A stretch of DNA of 64,000 bases from Candidatus Latescibacterota bacterium (GTDB lineage Bacteria; Latescibacterota; UBA2968; GCA-2709665), in contig OZ250150.1 in the NCBI GenBank assembly GCA_965237675.1, positions 4,000,001 through 4,064,000 on the forward strand, written 5' to 3'. A program made the translations under genes and the position numbers. The notes under the pieces are model-generated. The model was not told the origin of the DNA and ran no database searches. It saw only the letters and a list, made by a program, of their open reading frames with translations. This document shows positions 38,969-49,033 of this stretch, in pieces. How positions within the stretch are numbered: the first letter of the stretch is position 1; every line of letters starts with the position of its first letter.

Positions 38969-39864
38969 TCCTCGTCTCCTTCCGTTTCGCTTTCCAAATC
39001 CGCGTGAACAAGATCCGTGCCGGTCATCTTGATAAACACGTCCTCCAGGCTACCGTCCTCGCATCCGGCGCGGACCTTCAGTTCGTCGACCGTGCCCACG
39101 GCGATAATTCTACCGTGATGGATGATGGACACCCGATTGCATACCCTCTCGGCCTCTTCCATGTCGTGCGTGGTTAACAGGACGGTGGCTTCGTGGCGTT
39201 CTCGGATCCCCATCACATAGTCCTGAACCTGCCGTTTGGAGACCGGATCCAATCCTGTCGTCGGCTCATCCATCAGAAGCAGCACCGGCGACGTGAACAG
39301 CGCACGGGCGACCGCCACCTTCTGTTGCATGCCTCTTGACATGTCCTCCATCGGCTGGTCCAGCCTGTCGTCTCCGAAACCCATTTCCGCCAGGATCGCC
39401 TCGGCCTTTCTGCGCCCCTCGCGCACCGGAACACCGTACAACCTGGCCGCGTAACTCAGGTTCTCCCACGCCGAGAGTTTCTTGAAAAAGGCCGCGTCCA
39501 CGGACACGCGGTTGATGAAATGCTTCACCCGCATCGCATCCCTTTCAACGTGCAGCCCGAAGATCCGGGCTTCGCCGCCATCGGGAATGACCAGGGTTGA
39601 GAGAATGCGAATCAGCGTTGACTTACCCGATCCGTTGGGCCCAAGAATACCGAAAATCTCCCCGCGCCGCACCTCGAACCCTACCCGATCCACAGCCCTG
39701 ATTTCCATGCGCCCCCGCCTGAAACGGCCCCAGAAGCCATTTTTCCGGTCCATCCCTTTGGCCGGCACCCTGAACACCTTGGTCAGATCCTTCGTCTGCA
39801 CGGCCGGCGCGTCCAAATCGATTTCCAACGCGGTTTTTCCTTTCTCGGAGGCGGTCGCTGTCAT
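38965..39864 (-). CDS. ABC transporter ATP-binding protein
   Basis: GPNGSGKST, MSRGMQQK, DEPTTGLD, TTH motifs. Confidence 0.93.
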   Translation of the reverse strand: MTATASEKGKTALEIDLDAPAVQTKDLTKVFRVPAKGMDRKNGFWGRFRRGRMEIRAVDRVGFEVRRGEIFGILGPNGSGKSTLIRILSTLVIPDGGEARIFGLHVERDAMRVKHFINRVSVDAAFFKKLSAWENLSYAARLYGVPVREGRRKAEAILAEMGFGDDRLDQPMEDMSRGMQQKVAVARALFTSPVLLLMDEPTTGLDPVSKRQVQDYVMGIRERHEATVLLTTHDMEEAERVCNRVSIIHHGRIIAVGTVDELKVRAGCEDGSLEDVFIKMTGTDLVHADLESETEGDEE

Positions 39865-40186
39865 ACTTCAATCTCCAATCGCCAGACAGCGAAAAAAGCG
39901 GATTGCTCCGGGCTTACGATGGTCAAGAAAAAACCCACGACGGTACGGAAACCGGTTGGAAATGACAATGGATGCGCATTCGCGCATCCCGGTGGGAAAC
40001 CGACCTCGATCCACCAACACAGTCCGACCGCTCCACACACGCCTTCAGCAGCGTTTCCATTAAAGAAAGCGTTGCTCTCTGCCCCCGGGAAAGCCCAATG
40101 TACTTCCGTCGACGGCGTGCGGCCGGCACCCGGGTCTACAACTGAAACACCCATCTAAAGTTCGCCCTCAGAACGCGATTGCGCGC

Positions 40187-40624
40187 TCAACGTGCCTTCT
40201 GGCCTTCGTAGGAATTCTCCTCCGTGACGTCCGTGGATACCGGCAGTCCCGAATCTCGCCAACCCGAAATTTCCACCATTCCAGTTCCGGGATTTACCTT
40301 GCCTCCGAACCCACCGACTACATTCGCGACATTCGTGTACCCGGACTTTTCGAGCATCTCCGCCGCATATTGGGAGCGGATGCCCGCCTGACATCCACAG
40401 TAGATTCGCTTGTCGATGGGCAGCACACGTTCCACCACCGCCTGAAAATCCGGGTTGGGCATCATGCCACCTGCCGGACTCTGAAAAGCCACAGGAATAT
40501 TGATTGCGCCCTCGGCGTGCCCATGGGCAAATTCCGATTCCGTCCGCACATCGAGATAAACCGCATCCGCATCGGCGTCCATTCCCGCTTTCGCATCTGC
40601 GGGCAATAGCTGCTCGATTGGCAT
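40187..40624 (-). CDS. Rhodanese-like domain protein
   Basis: LDVRTESEF, GHAEGAINIP, active-site loop CQAGIRS. Confidence 0.9.
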   Translation of the reverse strand: MPIEQLLPADAKAGMDADADAVYLDVRTESEFAHGHAEGAINIPVAFQSPAGGMMPNPDFQAVVERVLPIDKRIYCGCQAGIRSQYAAEMLEKSGYTNVANVVGGFGGKVNPGTGMVEISGWRDSGLPVSTDVTEENSYEGQKAR

Positions 40625-40775
40625 ATTTGAATCCCTCCGGTAATCCTCGACCCGGGTCGCAACCAGAGCGCCCGGCCGAAACGACCGCGGCGCTCGGATG
40701 GCGTCTCACGATCTTGTGAGTTGCGGCTACTTCAAATATAGGCCGTTCTACCCCGCTCCGCAAGTATCTCAACTT

Positions 40776-42686
40776 CTAACCGTCGAATTCTCGGAGGTCC
40801 ACGTGGCAGACCTCGAATCCGGCGGCATAATACAGCGTGTGGTCCACGATCCGTAAGTATTCTCCCTCACCTTCGATCAACGGCGTGAATTCAACCTCGT
40901 GTTCGCACACCTGCATCCGACCGATCATTCCCCCGGCCGACGTCCACAGGGATCCCGTGGCCGTATCCAGCGCGACCTCCCGGCATCCGGGGGGCACCGG
41001 CCCCAGGCCGCGCAATACCCCCTCCCGCGCTTTCCAGGCGTAGAGCGTGTTGCGTTGAGCTGCAAGCACCTCGCCCGACGGCAGGACCGCCATCACCCGG
41101 GCGGCACCTTCCCCTTCTTCAATGGCCTGGGTACGGGTGACTTCCAGCCTGTCCATATCGAATGCCACCAATTGGCCGGTCGTCTGAGTGGGCGGCGCGG
41201 AGTTCGCATCGGCATAGATTTCCGTTGAACAGTAGACCCGACGGCGCTGCGAGTCGGTCACCACGGCATTTACCTTCTGATCGGGCACCAGATGTCGCCA
41301 GATACGGATGTCACCCGTCCGCGGATCAATCCGGCTGAGGGCGCCACCGAGATGCCCGTACTCCGGACTGGTGGACATCCAGACGTACTGCCCGTCGTTC
41401 ACGAGCCCCGTGGGTCTCATCTGCCCTTCCTGTTGCGCGCTGGCCAGCACGTGCGGGTTGCGGGGCCAGTCCGATGCCGCCGCGGGATCGAATGCGGTTA
41501 CCGACGAGGTCGTATAGCTGCTTTGCAGCACGCGTTGCGTGATCGGCTCCCAGATGATCTGGTTGATCTGCCCCCCGCCGGGCGCCGCGCGTCCGCAGTC
41601 CCTTCCTGCTCCCGTTTCCATGTTGATCATCCAGAACCGCTGGTTGATAAACGGGGCGCCAAAGATCATCTTCCTTTCCGGGACGGGGCACAGAGCGTGC
41701 GCGGCCATGGGACCGGTGGATTCCAGGTCGATGCGGTCCGTCCGCCCCGACCGTGTGTCGTATCGGAGCGCCACGCCAGAAAGCGTCACGCCGCACACGG
41801 CGTCCTCGCCCCACGGATGTATGGTTGCAGGCCCCCCATCCGACCAGCCCGGCGCCGCGACCTCCCACTTTTCCGCCTCGCGGTCCAGTGCATAAAGGGC
41901 GCCTTCCGCAGCGCTGTACGCATAAAGACGGCCGTTCACAACACAGGCGCCACCACTCAGACCCCCATGCTCGGGAGGCGCAATCCTCTGTTTCAATTCA
42001 AAGCCCGGATACGCCATGAAATGGAGTTCGCCCCGCACAAAGGCCGCAAATGTCTTGTCGTCCCAGAAAAAAGCGTCGGACGTGGAACCCACGCCCAGGA
42101 TGTTTTCAGGGGTGTGGGATTCCGCGGACATGGTCTCGATGTCCAGCAGAACCAGCCGCGCCTGCGGAACGTCGATGGCGAGCAGGACCCGGCCGTCTGG
42201 CGCCTCCACGACGCGGTGGCCATAGAGCGCGGTCGGGTATTCCGTGTCTATGGGTCGAAAGACTTTCACCAGCCGCGACTCCCGCCAATCGTACACGCCC
42301 ACGTGCCCGGGCGATGCTTCCCAGACCGCATACCGGTCCGTCACACAGCCGCCCCACGTGATGGACGTCAGTTCGCCGGTTACCAGAATTTCAAAACCGT
42401 CGGAAACCGGATCGTACCGAATCAGATCCCCGTTCCCGCAGCCCAGATAGAGGCGGCCGTCCGCGGCGGTTCTCAACATGTATGCGCCCGGCACGCCGTC
42501 GGGAAATTCCCGCACGCCCGTCGATCCGGTGTCCGGATTCCAGAAATAGATTCTGCCGCCCGAGCTTCCTCCCCACACGCTGCTCACCAGATGGATATCT
42601 TCACGAAACTGAACTGTTTCCACCTCGGCATTAATAAACGGCAATCGGCTATGGGGAATTGCGTATCGCTTAATGGAGGCCATCAT
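40776..42686 (-). CDS. Hypothetical beta-propeller repeat protein
   Basis: Long ORF with repeated YDP/FDP.TG strand motifs, DGRLYLG and PEYGHLGGAL. Confidence 0.7.
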   Translation of the reverse strand: MMASIKRYAIPHSRLPFINAEVETVQFREDIHLVSSVWGGSSGGRIYFWNPDTGSTGVREFPDGVPGAYMLRTAADGRLYLGCGNGDLIRYDPVSDGFEILVTGELTSITWGGCVTDRYAVWEASPGHVGVYDWRESRLVKVFRPIDTEYPTALYGHRVVEAPDGRVLLAIDVPQARLVLLDIETMSAESHTPENILGVGSTSDAFFWDDKTFAAFVRGELHFMAYPGFELKQRIAPPEHGGLSGGACVVNGRLYAYSAAEGALYALDREAEKWEVAAPGWSDGGPATIHPWGEDAVCGVTLSGVALRYDTRSGRTDRIDLESTGPMAAHALCPVPERKMIFGAPFINQRFWMINMETGAGRDCGRAAPGGGQINQIIWEPITQRVLQSSYTTSSVTAFDPAAASDWPRNPHVLASAQQEGQMRPTGLVNDGQYVWMSTSPEYGHLGGALSRIDPRTGDIRIWRHLVPDQKVNAVVTDSQRRRVYCSTEIYADANSAPPTQTTGQLVAFDMDRLEVTRTQAIEEGEGAARVMAVLPSGEVLAAQRNTLYAWKAREGVLRGLGPVPPGCREVALDTATGSLWTSAGGMIGRMQVCEHEVEFTPLIEGEGEYLRIVDHTLYYAAGFEVCHVDLREFDG

Positions 42687-42812
42687 CCCTCCGATTATTC
42701 GGAACTCGTTTGTGATCGCCTGCAACGGGATCTCGCAGACTCGTCAGGAAATCAAACGTGTGATTGTTATAAATCACTATTGGGCAACGTATTAAAGAGA
42801 AATTCTCTCGCG

Positions 42813-43430
42813 TTACTCGATATGTCTCCGCACCTCGATAACCTTTCCCAGGATGGAAAACGGTTCTCCGTCGGCGCGGGGAACTATCGACTCGAAGGCT
42901 TCGTTTTCGGGGTGTAGTTCAACCCGTCCAGCTTTCTCCCGGTATCTTTTCACCGTCGCCTCCTCGCCCACCATGGCAACCACGATGTCTCCCGACCTGG
43001 CAGCCTGCTGCCGGCGAACGATGACGATATCGCCGTGCAGGATGCCGGCCCTGAGCATACTGTCCCCCTGAACCGTGAGGGCAAAGAGTTCCCGACCGTC
43101 GTATCGGGTTTGCTGCACAGGAAGATAGTCATCCGGACTCTGAATGGCCGCAGTCAGGTCTCCTGCCTGGACCCGCCCCAACACGGGAATCAGATGGGAG
43201 GAACGCACCCTGCCCATCTTGGGCAGTCGGTGTGACCTGGCCTTGCCGGAGTCTTTGACCAGTTTGCCCTCCAGAACCAGCGCCTCGAGATGCTGGCGAG
43301 CCGACTGAACCGCGCGGAATCCAAACGCTTTTTGCACCTCGCGGGTGCTGGGCGGAGTTCCATTGAGAATCCTGTCCCTCACAAACTCATAGATTTTTGC
43401 GCGTGTCTGTCCGGGCGGCGTGAACGCCAT
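42813..43430 (-). CDS. lexA: SOS repressor LexA
   Basis: Winged HTH (PPSTREV), cleavage site GRVQAG, catalytic GDSM and TVK. Confidence 0.93.
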   Translation of the reverse strand: MAFTPPGQTRAKIYEFVRDRILNGTPPSTREVQKAFGFRAVQSARQHLEALVLEGKLVKDSGKARSHRLPKMGRVRSSHLIPVLGRVQAGDLTAAIQSPDDYLPVQQTRYDGRELFALTVQGDSMLRAGILHGDIVIVRRQQAARSGDIVVAMVGEEATVKRYREKAGRVELHPENEAFESIVPRADGEPFSILGKVIEVRRHIE

Positions 43431-43488
43431 GGTGCGCTCCTCGAGTCGGTCAACAACCAAGAAACGGGGAACAAAGAAGGACCAGTGA

Positions 43489-43518
43489 AAAAAAACAGAC
43501 AAGTATCTGTCTTGTCAA
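43489..43518 (-). promoter_or_regulatory. lexA promoter (TTGACA -35) with overlapping palindromic operator candidate
   Basis: TTGACA at 43518-43513; ACAGAC-aagt-ATCTGT at 43495-43510 lies in the spacer. Confidence 0.55.
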
Positions 43519-43590
43519 GAGTTTTTTCCGAACGGGTATACGCGTGTGTCCTTCGGCTTGCCCAAAAAGATCGCGATCTCCTCGCCGTGC

Positions 43591-43613
43591 CACAAACTGA
43601 CAGTTTGTGCTAC
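43591..43613 (-). repeat. GTAG-type REP palindrome
   Basis: GTAG-CACAAACTG-T-CAGTTTGTG, a perfect 9-bp inverted repeat. Confidence 0.7.
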
Positions 43614-43772
43614 GACCCTCCGTTTCGATTGTGTGGCGGGCGCCGCTGCGGCGGTGACGTTCCAGTTCATGGACGTCCGGGCCGTGATAGCGCAATTCTC
43701 AACAGCGTTTTGCGGTGATGCAACTTGCTGAGATAGAGCCCCTTCCTCCGTTCGACGGATCCTCAACCGACG

Positions 43773-45638
43773 CTATTCGAAGATCCACGTCCCGAAGTTC
43801 TCGAACTCCACGCCTCGGTTGTAACGGGTCTGTGTCCACACACTGAACTCGAGCACACCGGTTGAGGGGCGGCGGTGGGTCCAGCGGTGCAGGTTACCCC
43901 TGAGCCGGTTGCCTGGTCTTGGCGAAGCGATCTCCAGCGTCGCCCAGGGAATTGCGATTTCCGCCGACCAGGAATCCGTTCCCTTCCGCGTTGCGGTCCG
44001 ATATTCCCCTTTCCAGGTGGAATCCTGCCCGTAGATCTCCCTCCCTGTGGCGATATCGCTACCATGTCCCCTCCGTCCCGTTTCGGTCCGCGAGTCCCAG
44101 CGCGAATTCGCGAGATCCAGCCGGATATGGTAGTAGGCCGTTGCCGCCTCGTCGGCGGCGATGACAACCTCCACCTGGTCTGCCCTGCCGCCCAGATCGG
44201 TAAACATCGCGGGGTGGGTCTTTTTCATCTCGGGTTCATCACAGCGGAAAGCCATGTAAAGCGCCGTGTCATCGTACGTCATGAGTGCCTCGGTTACCGT
44301 CTCCAGCTTTTTCACCCGTGCGGCGACGTAGTTGACGAAGGGCCCCGAAGACGCCGCCTCTTTCCACGCCTCGTCCGTCAAATCCCCATCGATGTCCGGC
44401 GGAGAGGTGCGAAGTCGCGAAATCTGCAACGCCTTTGGCTGAATCGGCCGGTTCTCGGCTCTTGTCTTACCCAGGTGGCCCTTCCTGGCAATCTCGTCCA
44501 CGTCGAAACCCAGCGGCTTTCCCTCCGCGACTTTCTTCTTTGCAGACCTGAGGGCGTCTTCCAGATAGCCGGGTAGGTTCCGTCCATTCCACCAGTCCAT
44601 GCGCTCGCTGTAGACCCAAACGTACCGGTCACTGCTCACGAGCGACCAGTAGGCATTGTGTTCCACCCACCGCGCCCGTTCCCCGGGCGTAGTGTAGGTC
44701 GCTTCGGTATGGTTGGCCATGGTGCCGCAGAGATAGTCCAGGTAGACGGCGTGCCCGACCTGAACCTGCCGGCGGTACTTGCCGCGTAGCTCCTGGGGAA
44801 TCAACGCCTGTCCCGTCTGGCGGATGCTGTGGTAGGCCCGGAAATAGTGCAACTCGCGGTTGTAGTAATAGGAGTGCTCGTCCCCGTCCACGAAAACGGT
44901 CCCGGGATCGGCGGCCTCGAGCATCCCGTTCATAAAGGCGGGCAGGAGGCCATAGTAGTCCGATTTGAGAATGGCTTCCCTCTTGTGTGGGTCGGTCTCC
45001 AGCGCGGCCTCCTGGAACCGGGGCATCGACGTCCAGAAGAGGGTGAGAATGACCGGATTTGGAAATTCCTCCTCGATCCGGTCCATATACTGTGCGCCCC
45101 GTTTCCGCACCATCCGCTCGTACTCGGCAAAGCTCTTCTCCTCCCGGTGCTTCTGCCACTCATATTTCCACGCGCAATACGGCCGCCCCCAGTAGACGAA
45201 CTCCGGATCGAAGGCGAGTCCCACGCAGCCGCCCACCCGCGCGGCCTTCGCGCACCAGCCGATATTGCGCAAAAAGGGGCTGTTCTGCCCCCAGAGCGCA
45301 TTGTCGAACCAGTCCACGTTGTCGTCGCAGTGGAAGTAGATGAAGTTGTCGGTGAACTTCTGCCACTCGATCTTTCCCATCATTTCGATCTCAGCGTCGG
45401 CGGCAGCTTCGGTCAGGTCCACCATGTAAAACGTGTGGCCGAAGGTCGGACGGATCAGAATCCCGTCGAAAGGGCGTTTCTCCATCTCCCGGATATGCTC
45501 CGCCACGTAGCTCGGGGGCTTCAGATCCCATCCCAGCTTAACCAGCTTCTTGGGGGCCGTTCCGCCGTAAGCCTTTAGCGGCCGGCCAACCAGTACCAGG
45601 AATATCAGCGACCATCCGATGACCATCCACGGTACCAT
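43773..45638 (-). CDS. Secreted hypothetical protein with C-terminal CBM9-like domain
   Basis: Signal-like N-terminus; PPDIDGDLTDEAW, YDDTALY, WSAEIAIPW motifs. Confidence 0.75.
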   Translation of the reverse strand: MVPWMVIGWSLIFLVLVGRPLKAYGGTAPKKLVKLGWDLKPPSYVAEHIREMEKRPFDGILIRPTFGHTFYMVDLTEAAADAEIEMMGKIEWQKFTDNFIYFHCDDNVDWFDNALWGQNSPFLRNIGWCAKAARVGGCVGLAFDPEFVYWGRPYCAWKYEWQKHREEKSFAEYERMVRKRGAQYMDRIEEEFPNPVILTLFWTSMPRFQEAALETDPHKREAILKSDYYGLLPAFMNGMLEAADPGTVFVDGDEHSYYYNRELHYFRAYHSIRQTGQALIPQELRGKYRRQVQVGHAVYLDYLCGTMANHTEATYTTPGERARWVEHNAYWSLVSSDRYVWVYSERMDWWNGRNLPGYLEDALRSAKKKVAEGKPLGFDVDEIARKGHLGKTRAENRPIQPKALQISRLRTSPPDIDGDLTDEAWKEAASSGPFVNYVAARVKKLETVTEALMTYDDTALYMAFRCDEPEMKKTHPAMFTDLGGRADQVEVVIAADEAATAYYHIRLDLANSRWDSRTETGRRGHGSDIATGREIYGQDSTWKGEYRTATRKGTDSWSAEIAIPWATLEIASPRPGNRLRGNLHRWTHRRPSTGVLEFSVWTQTRYNRGVEFENFGTWIFE

Positions 45639-45873
45639 GTCTCGACCCCTTGTCTGATGTTCATAATACCAAGAGCAGCAAATAGCTGACATTAATTCCG
45701 CGGCTACAGTGAAATGTGACGTAGACTATAAGGTGCTCCCCGAAATAAATAGCAAGCACACCATATTGCCAATGTTATCGAGAAAACACCGCCAGTACGG
45801 AGAGCCCGGAAAACAGGGACTACGTACGCTTGGTCCGATCTGCAGTCCTGCGTCCTTCGCGACCCTTCGCCGT

Positions 45874-45916
45874 CCCTTCGACACTCTTCGACAAGCTCAG
45901 GGCGCCGGCTCAGGGC
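45874..45916. repeat. Nested 'CCCTTCGAC..GCTCAGGG' REP-like repeat
   Basis: cccttcgacactcttcgacaagctcagggcgccggctcagggc. Confidence 0.6.
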
Positions 45917-45925
45917 AGTGCTTAG

Positions 45926-46085
45926 CAGCCCGTTGAAAAAGTCCATCCGGGCTGCGGCCGGCTCTTGTGGCAGAATTACAGCGTTGCGCTCCCTCCCCGA
46001 ATCCCCCGATTCGACTCGGTCGCGCGCCTTGTCTTCGGTCACAATGGCTCGGCCTCGCCTGCAGAGCAACTTTATCAACGGACTG
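45926..46085. mobile_element. 160-bp MITE with IS5-like ends, copy 2
   Basis: 11 substitutions versus 27165-27324 by manual alignment; TTAG duplicated at 45922-25 and 46086-89. Confidence 0.9.
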
Positions 46086-46158
46086 TTAGGGGCCGCAGGC
46101 TCGGAGAGCGGCTCAGTGTGCAGGCCGGAATCCTCAAAATACGGACAGATTTTTACGT

Positions 46159-46194
46159 AACAAGGGTTTACGTCAGATCGACATAAACCCTTGT
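46159..46194. terminator. Hairpin/terminator downstream of tRNA-Pro(CGG)
   Basis: aacaagggttta...taaacccttgtt, 12-bp stem. Confidence 0.6.
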
Positions 46195-46200
46195 TTTTTT

Positions 46201-46277
46201 TGGTCGGGGCGCCCGGATTCGAACCGGGGGCCTCCTGCTCCCGAAGCAGGCACTCTACCGGACTGAGCCACGCCCCG
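46201..46277 (-). tRNA. tRNA-Pro (CGG)
   Basis: CGGGGCGTGGCTCAG...CCTGC-TT-CGG-GA-GCAGG...GGTTCGAATCC...CCA. Confidence 0.96.
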
Positions 46278-46385
46278 AATTCGACTCTTAAAATACAAGA
46301 AACCGTTCTGGTGGCAAGGAAAATCTCCGAAATGCTCAGACAGCAGGCAGCGTGCAGCGAAAAAATCGACGACCCGCCACCACGA

Positions 46386-46410
46386 GGCCAACCACAAGGG
46401 TTGCCCCTAC
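46386..46410 (-). repeat. GTAG-type REP palindrome
   Basis: GTAGGGGCAACCCTTGTGGTTGGCC; same family as 13014-13038. Confidence 0.7.
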
Positions 46411-46413
46411 AAT

Positions 46414-47340
46414 TCAACGGCGGCATTCCGATAGCCGGCTCAGCACGACCACGATCGCGAAACCCGCCACGGCCAGACCGACCGCAGCGGCGAATTCCCC
46501 GTCTATTGTCCGGGGCAGCGTGTTCAACTGCACCTGGCGGGCTTCGACGGCAAGCGCCGAAACGTCCTCCTTCCAGGGCCAAATTTTCCGCAAAGAACCG
46601 GCCATGAACCCTGTCAACGTTGCAACGGTCAGATCGTGGTGGCGCCTGAAAATCCAGGCCAGAACCCGGGCAACACTCAGAATCCCAATGGACGCGCCTG
46701 CCACAAACAACACAATCGGAAAGAGATCCCACTGGTTCAACGCGGCCAGCAGATATTCGTATTTGCCCAGCAGCACCAGAATAAACGAACCTGAAATACC
46801 CGGCAGGATCATCGCCGATATGGCAATAACGCCACAAAGGAAGAGAAACCAGGCCGCGTCCGGGGTTTTCGCCGGTGCCAGGCCTACAATAACATAGAAC
46901 AGCGATCCCGCCGAAAGTGCCGCAATGGCGGTTGGGCCGCGCCAAACGGCGACCCGTTTTCTCACCACGAAAACCGAGGCCAGAACCAGCCCGAAGAAAA
47001 ATGCCCAGATCAGTTCCGGCCGATGGTGGAGCATCCACTGAACGCCTCGTGCCAGGGTCACGACGGCCAGCAGGATGCCCGAGAGCACGGGGACCAGAAA
47101 CCGCCACGGAATCTTATTCAGTGCCTCGTTGAATCTGAGCGTAAACAGCAATTCGGCAAAGCGGCGATCGACCGTACGTATCGAAAAAATAAACTCCTCG
47201 TAAATTCCCGTGACGAAAGCGATCGTACCGCCGGAAACCCCGGGAATCACATCCGCTGCGCCCATACAGACGCCGCGCAGTCCGAGGCTCGCATAGTACT
47301 GCCAGCCCCGCCGCGCGAATGTTGGTTCTGTATTTCCCAC
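46414..47340 (-). CDS. DUF368 family membrane protein (putative undecaprenyl-phosphate translocase)
   Basis: MGAADVIPGVSGGTIA and AMILPGISGS re-entrant motifs; GTG start at 47340 after GGAGG. Confidence 0.9.
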   Translation of the reverse strand: MGNTEPTFARRGWQYYASLGLRGVCMGAADVIPGVSGGTIAFVTGIYEEFIFSIRTVDRRFAELLFTLRFNEALNKIPWRFLVPVLSGILLAVVTLARGVQWMLHHRPELIWAFFFGLVLASVFVVRKRVAVWRGPTAIAALSAGSLFYVIVGLAPAKTPDAAWFLFLCGVIAISAMILPGISGSFILVLLGKYEYLLAALNQWDLFPIVLFVAGASIGILSVARVLAWIFRRHHDLTVATLTGFMAGSLRKIWPWKEDVSALAVEARQVQLNTLPRTIDGEFAAAVGLAVAGFAIVVVLSRLSECRR

Positions 47341-47455
47341 GTATTCCAGGCCTCCCGAATTGTCCGGCTCCGTTTCAAGACCCACCGACGGTTTCGAGAA
47401 CGGAGCGGCCGGTTGTCCTTTCGGCTCCGGGTGTGCCCGGAGAGTCCGCCCCGCG

Positions 47456-47490
47456 AAAAACAGGGACTCACGATCGACGTCGTGAGTCCC
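47456..47490 (-). terminator. Intrinsic terminator after tRNA-Pro(GGG)
   Basis: gggactcacga...tcgtgagtccc hairpin plus T-tract. Confidence 0.7.
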
Positions 47491-47498
47491 CTTTTGTA

Positions 47499-47575
47499 TG
47501 GTCGGAGCGACTGGATTTGAACCAGCGACCCCTATCACCCCAAGATAGTGCGCTACCGGGCTGCGCCACGCTCCG
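47499..47575 (-). tRNA. tRNA-Pro (GGG)
   Basis: CGGAGCGTGGCGCAG...CTATC-TT-GGG-GT-GATAG...GGTTCAAATCC...CCA. Confidence 0.96.
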
Positions 47576-47723
47576 ATCTCAACTCGATTCCTGTCGGAGC
47601 GAAAATCTAAACGGTCTTGCCATCGGCGTCAAGTGAAATGTTGCCCATGATGGCCGGGCGACCCGAACCGATGTCGCGTACGGATCACCACAAACCCGAG
47701 ATACACCTGCATTCGCGAGCGTC

Positions 47724-49013
47724 TCATTCGGCCTTGTAGTACAGTGAATTATAGTACCGTTCGGCGATGACCTTACACAGGATATTGACGACGGCCGCGG
47801 CGGGGATCGCGATGAGCATTCCGATGAATCCCCAGAAATGGGCGCCGACAACCAGCGCAAACATCACCCAGACAGGATGCAGCCCGACACGTTTCCCCAC
47901 CACGCGAGGCGACAGGAAATTGCCTTCGATGCCCTGCACGATTGCGAATATACCGATAACTCTTACCAGGCTGCCCGCGGGATCCGCGTCGAGTATGGCG
48001 ACCAGGCACGCCACGCTGAACGCAACCGCCATTCCGATGTAGGGAATGAGGTTGAAAAGCCCGGCCATAAGGCCCAACAAGACGGCGTAGCGGATACCGA
48101 ATACAAGGAGGCCAGCGGAGGTCAGCACCGCGATAAAGGTGCTGACGAGCATCTGCCCGCGAAGGTATTGACCCAAAACTTCGTCGACTCGCGTCAGCAA
48201 TTCGCCGACGGATGCCACGTGCCGTCGGGGAAGAATGCGCACGAGCGTCTGTTTGATGCGCTCGTAATCCTTAATCGTATAAAAAGTCACGAAGGGTATC
48301 ATCAGAAAATTCAGAAGCGTGACCAACCCGGAACTCAACCCCTTGAGGGCCGCAGTCGTCTGCTCGGCGAAAAGCTCACCGAGTTTCGGCAAACGTTCCA
48401 GGAGCAGTTGTTGTATCTCGCCCTTTGGGAGTCTTACCCCCAGCGATTGCAACCAGAAAAAGAACCGATCGTAAAGTCCCTTGAGCATGGCCGTGTATTT
48501 TGGAACCTGCCGGCCGAAATCGAGGATTTCGTGAGTGACCAGGGGAATGACAACGATGCCGATGCCGGACAAGACGCCCAGGATGACCAGCAACATCAGA
48601 GCGATGGCGATTGTGCGTGACATCCAGCGTTCCATCAGGCCCACCAGCGGCGACAACAAGTAGGCCAACACGAACGAGGTCACGAACGGCCAGAACAACC
48701 CGGCCATGTCGCCCAGAAGCCAGGCACCAAACAGCAAAACCACCACAACCCCTATCCCCGCTTCGAACCGCACGCCTTTCCGCACCAGAAGAAGTACGAT
48801 TAGCAGCGTAAGGCCGATCAGGAAAGGAGAAAGATCCTGATGAAGCACATAGAGGAAGCCAACCAGAAACATGAGAATTACGGTACGAAAAAAGGATTTG
48901 TCTCCAGACAAAAAGCCCGCCAGGAACTCGTCCGACTTCGGAAGCGGCTGATCCGCAACCGAGTTCTTATCGCCCTTTTCTCGACCGGGTTCTTCCTGAG
49001 AGTTCATGGTCAT
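47724..49013 (-). CDS. AI-2E family transporter
   Basis: LAYLLSPLV, YLRGQ, NLIPYIG, QGIEGNFLSPRVVG, LHPVW motifs. Confidence 0.9.
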   Translation of the reverse strand: MTMNSQEEPGREKGDKNSVADQPLPKSDEFLAGFLSGDKSFFRTVILMFLVGFLYVLHQDLSPFLIGLTLLIVLLLVRKGVRFEAGIGVVVVLLFGAWLLGDMAGLFWPFVTSFVLAYLLSPLVGLMERWMSRTIAIALMLLVILGVLSGIGIVVIPLVTHEILDFGRQVPKYTAMLKGLYDRFFFWLQSLGVRLPKGEIQQLLLERLPKLGELFAEQTTAALKGLSSGLVTLLNFLMIPFVTFYTIKDYERIKQTLVRILPRRHVASVGELLTRVDEVLGQYLRGQMLVSTFIAVLTSAGLLVFGIRYAVLLGLMAGLFNLIPYIGMAVAFSVACLVAILDADPAGSLVRVIGIFAIVQGIEGNFLSPRVVGKRVGLHPVWVMFALVVGAHFWGFIGMLIAIPAAAVVNILCKVIAERYYNSLYYKAE

Positions 49014-49033
49014 ATCGACACCTGTGACCCCGT

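Noticed and set aside
41292-42917. Long plus-strand ORFs (for example 41292-42917, 7028-8335, 17457-18635, 53845-54867, 62806-63903)
   Set aside because: They are antisense shadows of well-supported minus-strand genes in GC-rich DNA and carry no motifs.
45704-47107. 467-aa minus-strand ORF
   Set aside because: It runs through DUF368 out of frame, a tRNA, a MITE and REPs; spurious.
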